Shown: positions 36,654 through 46,224, counted from the first letter of the stretch. The stretch: 64,000 nt of DNA from an uncultured Eubacteriales bacterium (GCA_949031345.1 CARNVA010000010.1:258-64257), one strand, 5' to 3'. Made by a program: numbers and translations. Notes: generated from the letters alone by a model not told the origin.

Positions 36654-37337
36654 ATGAACAACAAAATTATTTTAAGTTATCTTTCTGACCTTGCTGCAAA
36701 CAACAATCGCGAATGGTATCACGAGCATAAAAAGGAGAACAAAGAAGCTGTTTTGCAATTTGAAAACCTTATTCAAGAAATCATTGACGGAATTGGCGAA
36801 TTTGACCAAAGTGTTTTGCACAATATTCCAAAAGAGCTTACTTTCAAACTAGTGCGTGACACAAGGTTTAGTCATGATAAATCACCCTACAATCCAGCTT
36901 TCAGAGCCCATATTTCCTCTCAGGGAAAGTTGCCTATCCCAGTCGGCTATTATTTGATGATTAAGCCGAATGGCAATTCTTTCTTAGGTGGTGGACTTTT
37001 TGCAGACATGTTTTCAAATGCTACAAACATGGTACGTGATTATATTTCAACTCATTCTGAGGAATGGAACAAAATAATAAATGCAGAAGACTTTAAAAAA
37101 TATTTTACGGTAAAAGGCACTGCTTTAAAAAATGTTCCCGCAGGATATGACAAAGAGCATCCTCAAGCAGAATATTTGAAATACAAATCATGGTATTTAG
37201 AATATTTTATCTCTGACGAAGAGGTTTGCGACTGCCAATATTTCATTCAAAAAGCGGTTGAAATTTTCAAAGCTATGAAACCATTCAACGACTTTTTAAA
37301 CAGAGCTTTAAAAGAATTTGAAATGCCATCAAGGTAA
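36654..37337 (+). CDS. DUF2461 (TIGR02453) family protein
   Basis: LAANNNREWYHEHKKENKEAV and KLVRDTRFSHDKSPYNPAF are hallmark blocks of this family. Confidence 0.8.
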   Translation: MNNKIILSYLSDLAANNNREWYHEHKKENKEAVLQFENLIQEIIDGIGEFDQSVLHNIPKELTFKLVRDTRFSHDKSPYNPAFRAHISSQGKLPIPVGYYLMIKPNGNSFLGGGLFADMFSNATNMVRDYISTHSEEWNKIINAEDFKKYFTVKGTALKNVPAGYDKEHPQAEYLKYKSWYLEYFISDEEVCDCQYFIQKAVEIFKAMKPFNDFLNRALKEFEMPSR

Positions 37338-37409
37338 GCCTTTCAAATTTGCTTTAAATATATTCATCCCAAGCGGCTGGCCATAATCAAAATAAATCAA
37401 TTTAAACAC

Positions 37410-37456
37410 AAAAAAAACACAGCTTAAAGGCTTTTCTTGCTGTGTTTTTGTTTTTT
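37410..37456. terminator. bidirectional terminator
   Basis: ACACAGC-loop-GCTGTGT flanked by A8 and T-runs. Confidence 0.6.
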
Positions 37457-38186
37457 AATTTATTCCGAGTGCATCACCGATAACATTTTTAATATCAATC
37501 GACTCCGCCACCTTTCCCGAAAGTGAGTCAATTGCCGATTGTTGTCCACCAATTATCAGTCTATCCCCCGCCTCTAAAACAGTCTCTGCATCAGGTGTAA
37601 TAACTTCGTTTCCTCTCTTTATATAAATGATTGAAACTTTTGCTTTCTTTCTTACATTAAGCTCGCCAATTGTCTTTTCTGCCCAGCTTTCAGGCATGGC
37701 AATTTCCACAATGTTTACATCATGAGAAAGGTCAAGAAGTCTGTTTACGCTTGGCTCGTCTAGTATGCTTGCAATTTTCTTGCCCATATAGACTTCTGGG
37801 AAAATTACTATATTAGCCCCCACCTCTTCAAGAATTATCTTTTGCTGTTCGCTTTGCGCTTTGGCAACTATGAAGCCAATTCCAAGTTGCTTACAGAAGG
37901 AAGTGATAAGCACGCTTGATTCAAAACTTTCGCCTATAGCAACAATAGCACAATCAAAATTTTGTGCACCCAATGATTTAAGCACTTCAATGCTTGAGCA
38001 ATCTGCAGCAACTGCGCTTGAGACTACATTTTCCACTTCCTTTAAATTTTTCGCCTCTTTATCTACTGCCAATACTTGATGGCCAAGTTGAGCAAGAGTG
38101 GTCGCTGCCGTTATGCCAAACCTTCCAAGACCGATAACCAAAAAGTCATTCATACCTTTTGCAATTTTGATTTCTTTGCTTTCCAT
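37455..38186 (-). CDS. ktrA: K+ uptake system peripheral subunit (RCK/TrkA-N plus TrkA-C)
   Basis: VIGLGRFGITAATTLAQLGHQVLAVD Rossmann motif. The start was set at the ATG at 38184-38186, which has AAGGAG 7 nt upstream; the ORF-track start at 38207 is a TTG. Confidence 0.88.
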   Translation of the reverse strand: MESKEIKIAKGMNDFLVIGLGRFGITAATTLAQLGHQVLAVDKEAKNLKEVENVVSSAVAADCSSIEVLKSLGAQNFDCAIVAIGESFESSVLITSFCKQLGIGFIVAKAQSEQQKIILEEVGANIVIFPEVYMGKKIASILDEPSVNRLLDLSHDVNIVEIAMPESWAEKTIGELNVRKKAKVSIIYIKRGNEVITPDAETVLEAGDRLIIGGQQSAIDSLSGKVAESIDIKNVIGDALGIN

Positions 38187-38196
38187 TTTTATCTCC

Positions 38197-39552
38197 TTAT
38201 CCCACAATTATTTTTGAATCTGGATATTCAATTTCTATATTATTATTTTTTCTTCCCAGCAGAACGGCGAATGTCAAAAGTCCCACCCTGCCTAAAAACA
38301 TTAGAACACACAAAACCAGTTTGCTTCCAACAGTCAACAGTGGCGTTATACCAAGCGTAAGCCCAGTTGTGCAAATGGCAGAAACTACCTCAAAAATCAC
38401 TTCAGTAAGAGAAAAAGCGTTTCCTTCAATTGCAATTAAAAGGCAGCAACCAACCATGATTGTTGAAAGCATGATCAAAAACAATTTTAAACATTTATGT
38501 AAAGTATTGCTTGAAATTGTCCTTTTCCCAAATACGATCCCGCCATTTTTGTTTGGCATTTTAAACATATAAAGAATTAGAATAAGCATTGTTGTCGTTT
38601 TAAGACCACCAGCAGTTGAAACAGGGCTTCCGCCAATAAACATAAGCAGTGTTGTAAGTGCCTTGCTTGGAGCGGTCAGTGCCGCCTGATTTATCGCACT
38701 AAAACCCGCCGTTCGCGGAGTTACACTCTGAAACAAGCCATTTACAATCTTTTGTCCAACGCTCATGTTGCCGATTGTCAATGGATTGTTCCACTCAAAA
38801 ATCATAAACAATATTGCACTTCCAAACACAAGTACGCCAGTTATACTTAAAACCAACACGCTGTGAAAGGAAAGCCTTCTTTTTTCCTTTGGTTTTCTTT
38901 TTCTTATTATATCATAAATTACTACAAAGCCCACACTGCCCACGATAATCAAACATATCACTGGCAAAAGTACCAATACATTTTGTGAAAAGACGCTCAT
39001 ACCTGCAAACAAGTTTTCTTTCGAGCCAAACAAGTCCATTCCAGAATTGCAAAAGGCAGATATTGAAAGAAACAATGCTTTGAAGCAACCATCCCAAAAG
39101 CCATATTTTATTGCAAGCGAAGGTAGAAGGCATACAAAGCCAATAAATTCTGCAATAAGGGTGATTAAAACAATTTTGATAAGCTCTTTTACAACGCCTT
39201 GATTGTCATCTTTGTTTAGGCTTTCTTTGATTGTCAATCTTTGCTCAAAAGACAACTTCTTGCCAAACACCATAAAAATCATAGATGAAATAGTCACAAA
39301 ACCAAGTCCGCCAATTTGGATGAGCAGCATAACTATTATCTTCCCAAAAAGAGAAAAATGAACAGCCAAGTCCACTGTTGTAAGCCCTGTAACACAAACG
39401 GCACTGGTGCTTACAAAAAATGAGTCCACAAATGAAAACCATTTTCCATCAGCAGAAGAAATTGGTAAACATAGAAAAAATGTGCCTATCAAGATTACAA
39501 TCAAAAAGCTTAAAATAATTTTAAGTGCCACTGGCGGCTTAAATTTTTTCAT
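38197..39552 (-). CDS. ktrB: K+ transporter membrane subunit (TrkH/KtrB family)
   Basis: 451-aa polytopic protein with repeated pore-loop motifs (SAVCVTGL, AFCNSGM, PRTAGFS, TAGGLKT). Confidence 0.9.
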   Translation of the reverse strand: MKKFKPPVALKIILSFLIVILIGTFFLCLPISSADGKWFSFVDSFFVSTSAVCVTGLTTVDLAVHFSLFGKIIVMLLIQIGGLGFVTISSMIFMVFGKKLSFEQRLTIKESLNKDDNQGVVKELIKIVLITLIAEFIGFVCLLPSLAIKYGFWDGCFKALFLSISAFCNSGMDLFGSKENLFAGMSVFSQNVLVLLPVICLIIVGSVGFVVIYDIIRKRKPKEKRRLSFHSVLVLSITGVLVFGSAILFMIFEWNNPLTIGNMSVGQKIVNGLFQSVTPRTAGFSAINQAALTAPSKALTTLLMFIGGSPVSTAGGLKTTTMLILILYMFKMPNKNGGIVFGKRTISSNTLHKCLKLFLIMLSTIMVGCCLLIAIEGNAFSLTEVIFEVVSAICTTGLTLGITPLLTVGSKLVLCVLMFLGRVGLLTFAVLLGRKNNNIEIEYPDSKIIVG

Positions 39553-39560
39553 ACTTTGAT

Positions 39561-39589
39561 ATTATAACATATATAGAAAATTATTACAA
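39561..39589 (-). promoter_or_regulatory. extended -10 promoter abutting the ktrB start codon (leaderless transcript predicted)
   Basis: Minus strand reads TTGTAA (39584-39589), a 17-nt spacer ending in TGT, TATAAT (39561-39566), then ATCAAAGT and the ATG. There is no SD. Confidence 0.5.
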
Positions 39590-39787
39590 ATTTTTTTTGA
39601 TATGGTGCAGTTAAATTTCCTCCAATTTGATTGTTTGTTTAATCACCTTATTGCTTAAACAATTTCTGCTGCATATTAAAAGCACTTTCATTAAATATTC
39701 TAAACTGCCATATCCAAAAGCTTTTAAAAATCAAAAACTGCTTTGAAGCCCTTGACAAAAGCTTAATAAAAATATAATAATTGAAAT

Positions 39788-40450
39788 ATGAAAAAAATAC
39801 TGGCTCTTATATTGACAATAATGTTTTTAGCACTTCCGCTTTCTTGCGGCGCCTTTTTGTCATCAGCTTCAAGTTTTAATCTTGAAATAGGAAAGGAGGC
39901 ACAAATAATTTCTTCCAAATGTGACCTCTATCTTCAGCCAAGTTTTGCTTCAGAAAAATTGAAAGATGGCGAAACTGTTGTTTCATTCAAACATGGGGCA
40001 ATTGTGCTTGTCAAAGAGCTTAGTGAGGACTTCGCCCTTATCGAAAAGGATGAAATAGAGGGCTGGGCTTACAAATATTATCTCACGCAAAACACCTCTC
40101 AAGATGTTTATCCCGTTTTCAATGGAAAAATTCGCAACAACACAAGCATTTATGACCTTGAAATGAAAGATACCGGCTTAATTGCCAAAAAAGACACTCG
40201 AATTTTCATTTACAGTGGTTTTAATGAAAAGAAACAATACACCCCTGTTCAGCTTGTGCTTGAAGATGGCTCGCTCTATAATGGTTATATCAAAACTGCA
40301 GACATCAAGCCCGACGGAATAAGCAGTCTTTTAATTATTGGAATTTCAATCATAGCAGCTGCAGTGACGATAATACTTTCGCTTGTGTTTATTCAGAAGA
40401 AAAACAAAAAGAAGAAAGGGTTGTTTCGAAAAAAGAAAAATTCAACTTAA
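39788..40450 (+). CDS. secreted, C-terminally membrane-anchored protein with two SH3b-like modules
   Basis: Signal peptide MKKILALILTIMFLALPLSCGA. The motifs GWAYKYYL and GYIKTADI are SH3b-like. The C-terminal TM LLIIGISIIAAAVTIILSLVFI is followed by a poly-Lys tail. Confidence 0.65.
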   Translation: MKKILALILTIMFLALPLSCGAFLSSASSFNLEIGKEAQIISSKCDLYLQPSFASEKLKDGETVVSFKHGAIVLVKELSEDFALIEKDEIEGWAYKYYLTQNTSQDVYPVFNGKIRNNTSIYDLEMKDTGLIAKKDTRIFIYSGFNEKKQYTPVQLVLEDGSLYNGYIKTADIKPDGISSLLIIGISIIAAAVTIILSLVFIQKKNKKKKGLFRKKKNST

Positions 40451-40518
40451 AAAAAATGTCAGTCAACATTGAAATAGTCTCCTCATCGCTTGTAAAATAG
40501 GCATGAAGGAGATTTTTT

Positions 40519-42216
40519 ATGATAAACAATACACATGAAATTGAAAAACTTAAAAGAGAGGTTTGGTATTTAAAAACCATATATCTGCCAGCCTTAAACA
40601 AAAAGATTGAATTATTATCGGGCGACAGTGGTGCCTTTAAAGAATTGTCATCAAAAGTAGATGAATTGACTTTGAAACTAAATGATTTGCAAAGTCAAGC
40701 GTCCTTAAATGCTGATGACATAGCCGAGGTAAGTCAGTGTCTTGCAAATCTATCAACCTCAGTGGAAGAAATTCTCGCCAGTGACGAATTGACCGAGCAG
40801 GCTTTAAACAAACTAAGCAGTGAAATAGCAAAAATTAAAACAAGCATTTCAGCTCTTGAAAGTGCAAAAACAACCCTTACCGCAGAGGTTTCAACCCTCA
40901 AAAATAAGGTCGCAGCAAACGAGACAAGCATATCAGCCATAAATAATGACATAACTTCTCATGGGAATAGACTGACTCAACTTGAAGAGAATGATTTAAC
41001 AAATGACCAGACCGTTGCTGCTCTTGCAACTGATTTAAATACTGCCAAAACGGATATTTCCAGTTTAAAAACGGCAAAAACCAGCATGCAAACTGATATT
41101 TCTTCGTTGAAAACAAGGGCGACAACCCTTGAAACGACTACAACAAATCAAGGCAAGTCTATCACAAGTTTGCAGACAAGTGTGGCTGAAATACCTAAGC
41201 TTAACACTGCCTTAAACACTTTAAAGACCTCAGTCAGCACAAATACGACGAACATAGGCAAGATAAACACCACTCTCACTTCTCACGGCAACAAACTGAC
41301 CGAACTTGAAGAAAATGATTTGACAAACGACCAAACCGTTGCCTCTCTTGCAACTGATTTAAACACTGCAAAAACGGATATTTCCAGTTTAAAGACGGCA
41401 AAAACCAGCATGCAAACAGACATTTCTTCGCTGAAAACTAGGGCGACAAACCTTGAAACGACTACGACAAATCAAGGCAAGTCTATCACAAGCTTGCAGA
41501 CAAGTGTGGCTGAAATACCTAAGCTTAACACCGCCTTAAACACTTTAAAGACCTCAGTCAGCACAAATACGACGAACATAGGCAAGGTAAACACCACCCT
41601 CACCTCTCACGGCAACAAGCTGACCGAGCTTGAAGAAAACGATTTGATAAATGACCAGACAGTTGCCGAGCTTGCAGGAAGTCTCAGCACTGCCAAAACA
41701 GATGTGTCAAATTTAAAAAACACCACCTCTTCACATACAACTTCCATTTCCAGTTTAAATACCAAATACAACACCTTGTCTGCAACAGTTGAAAGTCTGA
41801 AAAACAACTCTGGCGGCGGAGGCGGAGTGGTCACAGATGTCATTTACGACATGAGAAGCACAAACGCAAGCATCAACAGAGGCTTCACCTCAGGCATTGT
41901 GGGCAACAAGTATTTTTCTTTTGACTTTTCGCCATACAAGAAAATTCGGGTATACGCAAGTCTTTCCACCTGCGACTGCCAAACAGAAATTTCAGTAGCA
42001 GAGCGTTATAAACAAGATTTCTGCCTTTTTGCCATGAACAGCACCTACACCGCTTTTCATTTTATGAAAGTTATGCTGGCCTCGCCTACACCAAATAGAT
42101 TTACTGCTGCTGGCTATGCAAGCATAACTATCACTAAAAGCTCAGGTGCCGTCGCTCTTGAAAATGCCTCATCAAAAACCAATATGTTTGTCTATCGCAT
42201 TGAAGGAATTAAATAA
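40519..42216 (+). CDS. fibre-like protein: long Thr/Ser/Asn-rich coiled coil, Gly5 hinge and a ~140-aa C-terminal globular domain
   Basis: 565 aa with no signal peptide. Heptad-like repeats (DISSLKTAKTSMQTDISSLKTRAT...) are followed by GGGGG and then a beta-rich domain (VVTDVIYDM...KIRVYASL...MFVYRIEGIK). AAGGAG is the SD. Confidence 0.75.
   Translation: MINNTHEIEKLKREVWYLKTIYLPALNKKIELLSGDSGAFKELSSKVDELTLKLNDLQSQASLNADDIAEVSQCLANLSTSVEEILASDELTEQALNKLSSEIAKIKTSISALESAKTTLTAEVSTLKNKVAANETSISAINNDITSHGNRLTQLEENDLTNDQTVAALATDLNTAKTDISSLKTAKTSMQTDISSLKTRATTLETTTTNQGKSITSLQTSVAEIPKLNTALNTLKTSVSTNTTNIGKINTTLTSHGNKLTELEENDLTNDQTVASLATDLNTAKTDISSLKTAKTSMQTDISSLKTRATNLETTTTNQGKSITSLQTSVAEIPKLNTALNTLKTSVSTNTTNIGKVNTTLTSHGNKLTELEENDLINDQTVAELAGSLSTAKTDVSNLKNTTSSHTTSISSLNTKYNTLSATVESLKNNSGGGGGVVTDVIYDMRSTNASINRGFTSGIVGNKYFSFDFSPYKKIRVYASLSTCDCQTEISVAERYKQDFCLFAMNSTYTAFHFMKVMLASPTPNRFTAAGYASITITKSSGAVALENASSKTNMFVYRIEGIK
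40954..41725 (+). repeat. 324-bp (108-codon) in-frame tandem repeat, about 2.4 copies
   Basis: Units start at 40954, 41278 and 41602 (ACTTCTCATGGG / ACTTCTCACGGC / ACCTCTCACGGC). Copies 1 and 2 differ only at scattered, mostly synonymous positions. Confidence 0.9.
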
Positions 42217-42392
42217 ACTTAAAATTTACTTTAAAGAAAAACTAACTGAAAATAAAAATAATATTATAAGAAATAAAATAAGTTTTTATAAAATTGATAT
42301 ATTAAATTATTTTATAAATTTATTTATTATATTTGGTTTTATTTAATTTAGTATAAACCAAAACTTGTTTATTAAACACAATCTTTAATTTT

Positions 42393-42422
42393 GACCTCTT
42401 AAAAATAAGAGGTCTTTTTTTT
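42393..42422 (+). terminator. rho-independent terminator of the fibre-like gene
   Basis: GACCUCUUA-AAAA-UAAGAGGUC followed by U8. Confidence 0.7.
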
Positions 42423-42458
42423 ATTTGAAACATTTTATAAAAAATTTCTATAAAAGGC

Positions 42459-42512
42459 TTGACAATTGAATAAGTATTCAACTATAATCAAAATAGTTGA
42501 ACAATTATTCAA
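42459..42512 (+). promoter_or_regulatory. cadC/cadA promoter with two ArsR-type palindromic operators
   Basis: TTGACA (42459-42464), an 18-nt spacer, then TATAAT (42483-42488). Operator TTGAATA-AG-TATTCAA (42466-42481) fills the spacer, and a second operator TTGAACAATTATTCAA lies at 42497-42512. Confidence 0.65.
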
Positions 42513-42564
42513 TCGTTTGAATATAATTGTGTTATAGCACATTTACAAAAAATGGAGGTAAATC

Positions 42565-42969
42565 ATGACAAATATGGCTAAGAAGGTATGCGAAAATAAG
42601 AAAGGTTGCGACTGCAATTTGCTTCACAAAGAAGCTGTTGAAAGCACACTTAAGAATATGCCTAGTGATGAAATATTGCTTGAAATGGCAGATTTTTATA
42701 AAGCGCTTTCAGACAGCACAAGAATTAAGATTATGGCTGCGCTTTCACAAAACGAGCTTTGCGTATGTGACATTTCAACTATTTTAAACATGACAAAATC
42801 AGCAATATCACACCAGCTTCAAAATCTGAAAGAAATGAATTTAATCAAAAGCCGCAAGCACGGCAAGGAAGTTTTTTACAGCTTGGCTGATAGACATATT
42901 GAGGAAGTCTTTGAAGTAAGTATGGAGCATGTATTGGAGGACTTTGATGAAAAAGAAAGTAAGAATTGA
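42565..42969 (+). CDS. cadC: ArsR/SmtB-family metalloregulator (CadC-like)
   Basis: ELCVCDISTILNMTKSAISHQLQNLKEMNLI (wHTH with the CVC metal site), plus N-terminal Cys residues (CENKKGCDC). Confidence 0.8.
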   Translation: MTNMAKKVCENKKGCDCNLLHKEAVESTLKNMPSDEILLEMADFYKALSDSTRIKIMAALSQNELCVCDISTILNMTKSAISHQLQNLKEMNLIKSRKHGKEVFYSLADRHIEEVFEVSMEHVLEDFDEKESKN

Positions 42970-45001
42970 AGGTCTTGACTGCCCCAACTGTGCACGCAGT
43001 CTTGAAATAGAAATAAACAAGCTTGACAGTGTTAAATGGGCTAAACTCGACTTTTTAAAATCATCGCTTGAGTTTGACTGCGACAACTTTCAAACTGCAA
43101 TTGAGGACATAGAAAAAGTCACAAAAGAGCTTGAGCCTGATGCAAAGCTTATAAAAAACAATGAAAAAAGCAATAAAAAGGCTTTTAAAAGCTTAATTTT
43201 AGACCTTTTTACCCTGTTTTTAGGAATAACCATTGGAATTATCATATTTTTCGTGAGAATGCCGACTTGGAGTTATTGGCTGCTTTATTCGTTAAGTGCG
43301 CTTGCTCTTGGCTATAAAACCTATTACAAAGCAGTGCGACTTCTTTTTAAGGGAATTGTAAATGAAAACCTTTTAATCACCATATCAGTCATCGGTGCAT
43401 CTATTGTAAGCGAGCACATGGAAGGGCTTATGGTGATTGCGTTATATTCAATTGGAAAGATATTTGAAGGTTTGGCTGTTGACAAATCAAGAAAATCCAT
43501 TGAAGCTCTTGCCAAAATTCAGCCAGAGTTTGCAGTCGTTGTTGATGAAAATGGAAATGAGCAAAAGCTCGCACCTGAAGAAGTTGAAAAGGGCTCGATT
43601 ATAATAGTTAAGCCTGGCGAAAAAGTGGCAATTGATGGAATAATAATTGACGGCGAATGTGATTTCAACATGCAAAGTTTGACAGGCGAAAGTTTGCCAG
43701 TTAAGCTAGGTTATGGTCAAGAAGTGCTGTCAGGAGCAATAGCTTTAAACGGCGTTGTCAAAATCAAGACTTCGCAAAGTTATTCAAACAGCACCATAAG
43801 TAAAATTATGGAACTTGTCGAGCATGCCTCACAAAACAAATCTAAAACAGAAACATTTATTTCAAAATTGACAAAATATTATACTCTTGGCATCATCGCC
43901 CTATCGCTTATAGTTTGGGCAATCGTTTGGGCAGTGACCAAAGATTTCAATTCAGCCATCTACCGCGGTCTTATCTTCCTTGTCATCTCCTGCCCTTGCG
44001 CATTTGCGATATCTGTTCCGCTCACCTATTTCTCTGGCCTTGGCAATGCGTCAAAAAATGGCATTTTAATCAAAGGCTCAAACTATCTTGACGCATGTGC
44101 AAAGATTAAAATCATGGCTTTTGACAAAACTGGCACGCTTACAAGCGGACAGTTTAAAATAGATAAAATCATCTCATATAGCCAAAATATCAGTGAGGAC
44201 GACCTGCTCGAAATTGCTGCGAAGGGAGAGCAGTTTTCAATTCACCCTCTTGCAAAAGCAATTGTCAGCGAAGCAGAAAAATTGGAAAGTTTTTCAAAAA
44301 ACAATGAACAAATTGAAAACTTAAAAGAGATAGGCGGAAAAGGAATTGAGTTTTCGCTCAGCGGCAAGAATTATTTTGTCGGCCGACAGAATAATAATGA
44401 GATTGAAACTGTTGTGGAAATTTATGAAAATGATATAAAGCTTGGTGAAATTGTGCTGAGCGACCAAATCAAGCCTACTTCAAAAGAAGCAATTGCTAGA
44501 CTTAAAAAGCAAGGCATAAAAACTCTGCTTTTATCTGGTGATAATAAGGGAAGTGTTGAAAGAGTATCAAGACAACTGGAAATCGATCAAAGCCATTTTG
44601 GCTTGCTTCCTCAAGATAAATACAACCTTATAGAAAGCCTTAAAAATGGCAAGGATACGGTTGGTTATGTAGGTGACGGAATAAATGACGCGCCATCCTT
44701 AACTTTATGCGATGTCGGCTTCAGCATGGGCATAAACGGCTCGCCTGCCTCAATTGAGGCTTCTGATATTGTTCTTGTTGATGACAACCCTCAAAAGATA
44801 GCTTCAGCAATAAAGATTTCAAAGTTTACTAAAAAAATCGTGCTTGAAAATATCATTCTTTCAGCTGCAATTAAAGTCATATTTCTTGTTCTTGGCTCGG
44901 TTGGCATAACCGGCATGCTCAGCGCAGTGTTTGCTGATGTTGGAGTTACGCTTATAGCAATATTAAACAGTTTGAGGGCTTTAAAACACAAACTTAAATA
45001 A
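42947..45001 (+). CDS. cadA: P1B-type heavy-metal (Cd/Zn/Co-class) translocating ATPase
   Basis: HMA domain GLDCPNCARSLE, TM6 motif SCPCAF, and the DKTGTLT and GDGINDAP motifs. The start was set at the ATG at 42947 (GGAGG 6 nt upstream), overlapping the cadC end. Metal specificity is inferred only. Confidence 0.88.
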   Translation: MKKKVRIEGLDCPNCARSLEIEINKLDSVKWAKLDFLKSSLEFDCDNFQTAIEDIEKVTKELEPDAKLIKNNEKSNKKAFKSLILDLFTLFLGITIGIIIFFVRMPTWSYWLLYSLSALALGYKTYYKAVRLLFKGIVNENLLITISVIGASIVSEHMEGLMVIALYSIGKIFEGLAVDKSRKSIEALAKIQPEFAVVVDENGNEQKLAPEEVEKGSIIIVKPGEKVAIDGIIIDGECDFNMQSLTGESLPVKLGYGQEVLSGAIALNGVVKIKTSQSYSNSTISKIMELVEHASQNKSKTETFISKLTKYYTLGIIALSLIVWAIVWAVTKDFNSAIYRGLIFLVISCPCAFAISVPLTYFSGLGNASKNGILIKGSNYLDACAKIKIMAFDKTGTLTSGQFKIDKIISYSQNISEDDLLEIAAKGEQFSIHPLAKAIVSEAEKLESFSKNNEQIENLKEIGGKGIEFSLSGKNYFVGRQNNNEIETVVEIYENDIKLGEIVLSDQIKPTSKEAIARLKKQGIKTLLLSGDNKGSVERVSRQLEIDQSHFGLLPQDKYNLIESLKNGKDTVGYVGDGINDAPSLTLCDVGFSMGINGSPASIEASDIVLVDDNPQKIASAIKISKFTKKIVLENIILSAAIKVIFLVLGSVGITGMLSAVFADVGVTLIAILNSLRALKHKLK

Positions 45002-45043
45002 AAAATAAACGTTTTAATTAAAAATCGTAAAAAGCAATAATTT

Positions 45044-45077
45044 AAGGCAATGAGCATTTAACCATTGCCTTTTTTTT
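45044..45077 (+). terminator. rho-independent terminator of the cad operon
   Basis: AAGGCAAUG-loop-CAUUGCCUU followed by U8. Confidence 0.7.
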
Positions 45078-45150
45078 GTTGCAAAATTTTATTTGCAATT
45101 TCATTTTCGTTTTATTTTAAAATATGCTACAATATTTGCAAGGAGAAATT

Positions 45151-46125
45151 ATGAATTCTTTTGAAAGCAGAATAAATTTAAATTCATCTCTTCAAGACCT
45201 TTCAATCGCCGTTTGCAAGCACTACAAGCTTGGTCAGTTTGAATCTTGCAGACTTATTGAAATTGGTTATGAAGACTTCAACTTCATTCTTGTTGCTGAC
45301 AATAAAAAATATCTAGTAAAAGCACTTGCCAATTTTCGCAGCAAAGAAGATTGTGAAAACTTGACAGCACGTGCAGTTGCAGCCTGCGAACATAAAATTT
45401 CTTGCCCACGCATTTATGAAGTCAACGGCAAATTTCTCAATTATATTACACTCAATGAAAATACCTATCGTATAATCGTAATGGATTTAATTGATGGAAA
45501 GGACTTTTATTCTCTTGGTCAACTTCCAAATGATGACGAATTAAAAATAATAGCCAAAGAACTTGCTCAGCTTAACAACATTGACTTTCAGCCCCCTTTC
45601 ATTTATGACCACTGGGCAATAATAAACTTTGAAAAAGAATATCAAGAGAATATTCATCTCATAACTGGTCAAGACAGAATTTTGATTGATGGCGTATTTG
45701 AAAGTTTTAAAGAGATTGATATGCATAAGCTTAAATTTGGATTTGTGCATGGCGATATCATTGTGACCAATATTATAAAAGAAAATGAAACAGGAAAGCT
45801 TTTCTTTATTGACTTTTCTGTATCAAATTATCAGCCACGCATAGTTGATATGGCCGTTTCTCTATGCGACCTATGCCTTGACCTTGATGACCAAGCTGAA
45901 ATCAAAAAGCGAATGAATCTGTTTATAAAAGCCTATGAAAGCATTTCCCCTCTTTCAGATTATGAGAAAAAATGCCTCAACGTCTTCTTAGCCGCACATC
46001 AGGCCATGACCATCATTCAAACAACAAGAGAAAAACTTTTAAACAACAATGACAGCGAAGAAAATGAGGACTTCTTACGCAAAGGTCAAGAGGGGTTAAG
46101 AATGGTGTTAAATCATTTGATCTAG
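45151..46125 (+). CDS. APH/choline-kinase-family phosphotransferase
   Basis: FVHGDIIVTNII (HGD..N catalytic loop) and FFIDFS (DFx). The start was set at the ATG at 45151 after AAGGAG; the ORF-track ATG at 45124 lies inside the extended -10 (TGCTACAAT). Confidence 0.75.
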   Translation: MNSFESRINLNSSLQDLSIAVCKHYKLGQFESCRLIEIGYEDFNFILVADNKKYLVKALANFRSKEDCENLTARAVAACEHKISCPRIYEVNGKFLNYITLNENTYRIIVMDLIDGKDFYSLGQLPNDDELKIIAKELAQLNNIDFQPPFIYDHWAIINFEKEYQENIHLITGQDRILIDGVFESFKEIDMHKLKFGFVHGDIIVTNIIKENETGKLFFIDFSVSNYQPRIVDMAVSLCDLCLDLDDQAEIKKRMNLFIKAYESISPLSDYEKKCLNVFLAAHQAMTIIQTTREKLLNNNDSEENEDFLRKGQEGLRMVLNHLI

Positions 46126-46224
46126 TTTTTAACTTAGATTTTGTTGTTTTTTTAAACATAACATTAAAAACAAAAAACATTTAATTGTGCATATTGCATT
46201 TATAATGAAAAAACAAGGAGAAAT

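Noticed and set aside
39553-39787. A c-di-AMP (ydaO/kimA-type) riboswitch upstream of ktrB.
   Set aside because: The spacer is uniformly AT-rich with no conserved GC-rich pseudo-twofold core, and the -10 box abuts the ATG, leaving no room for a leader.
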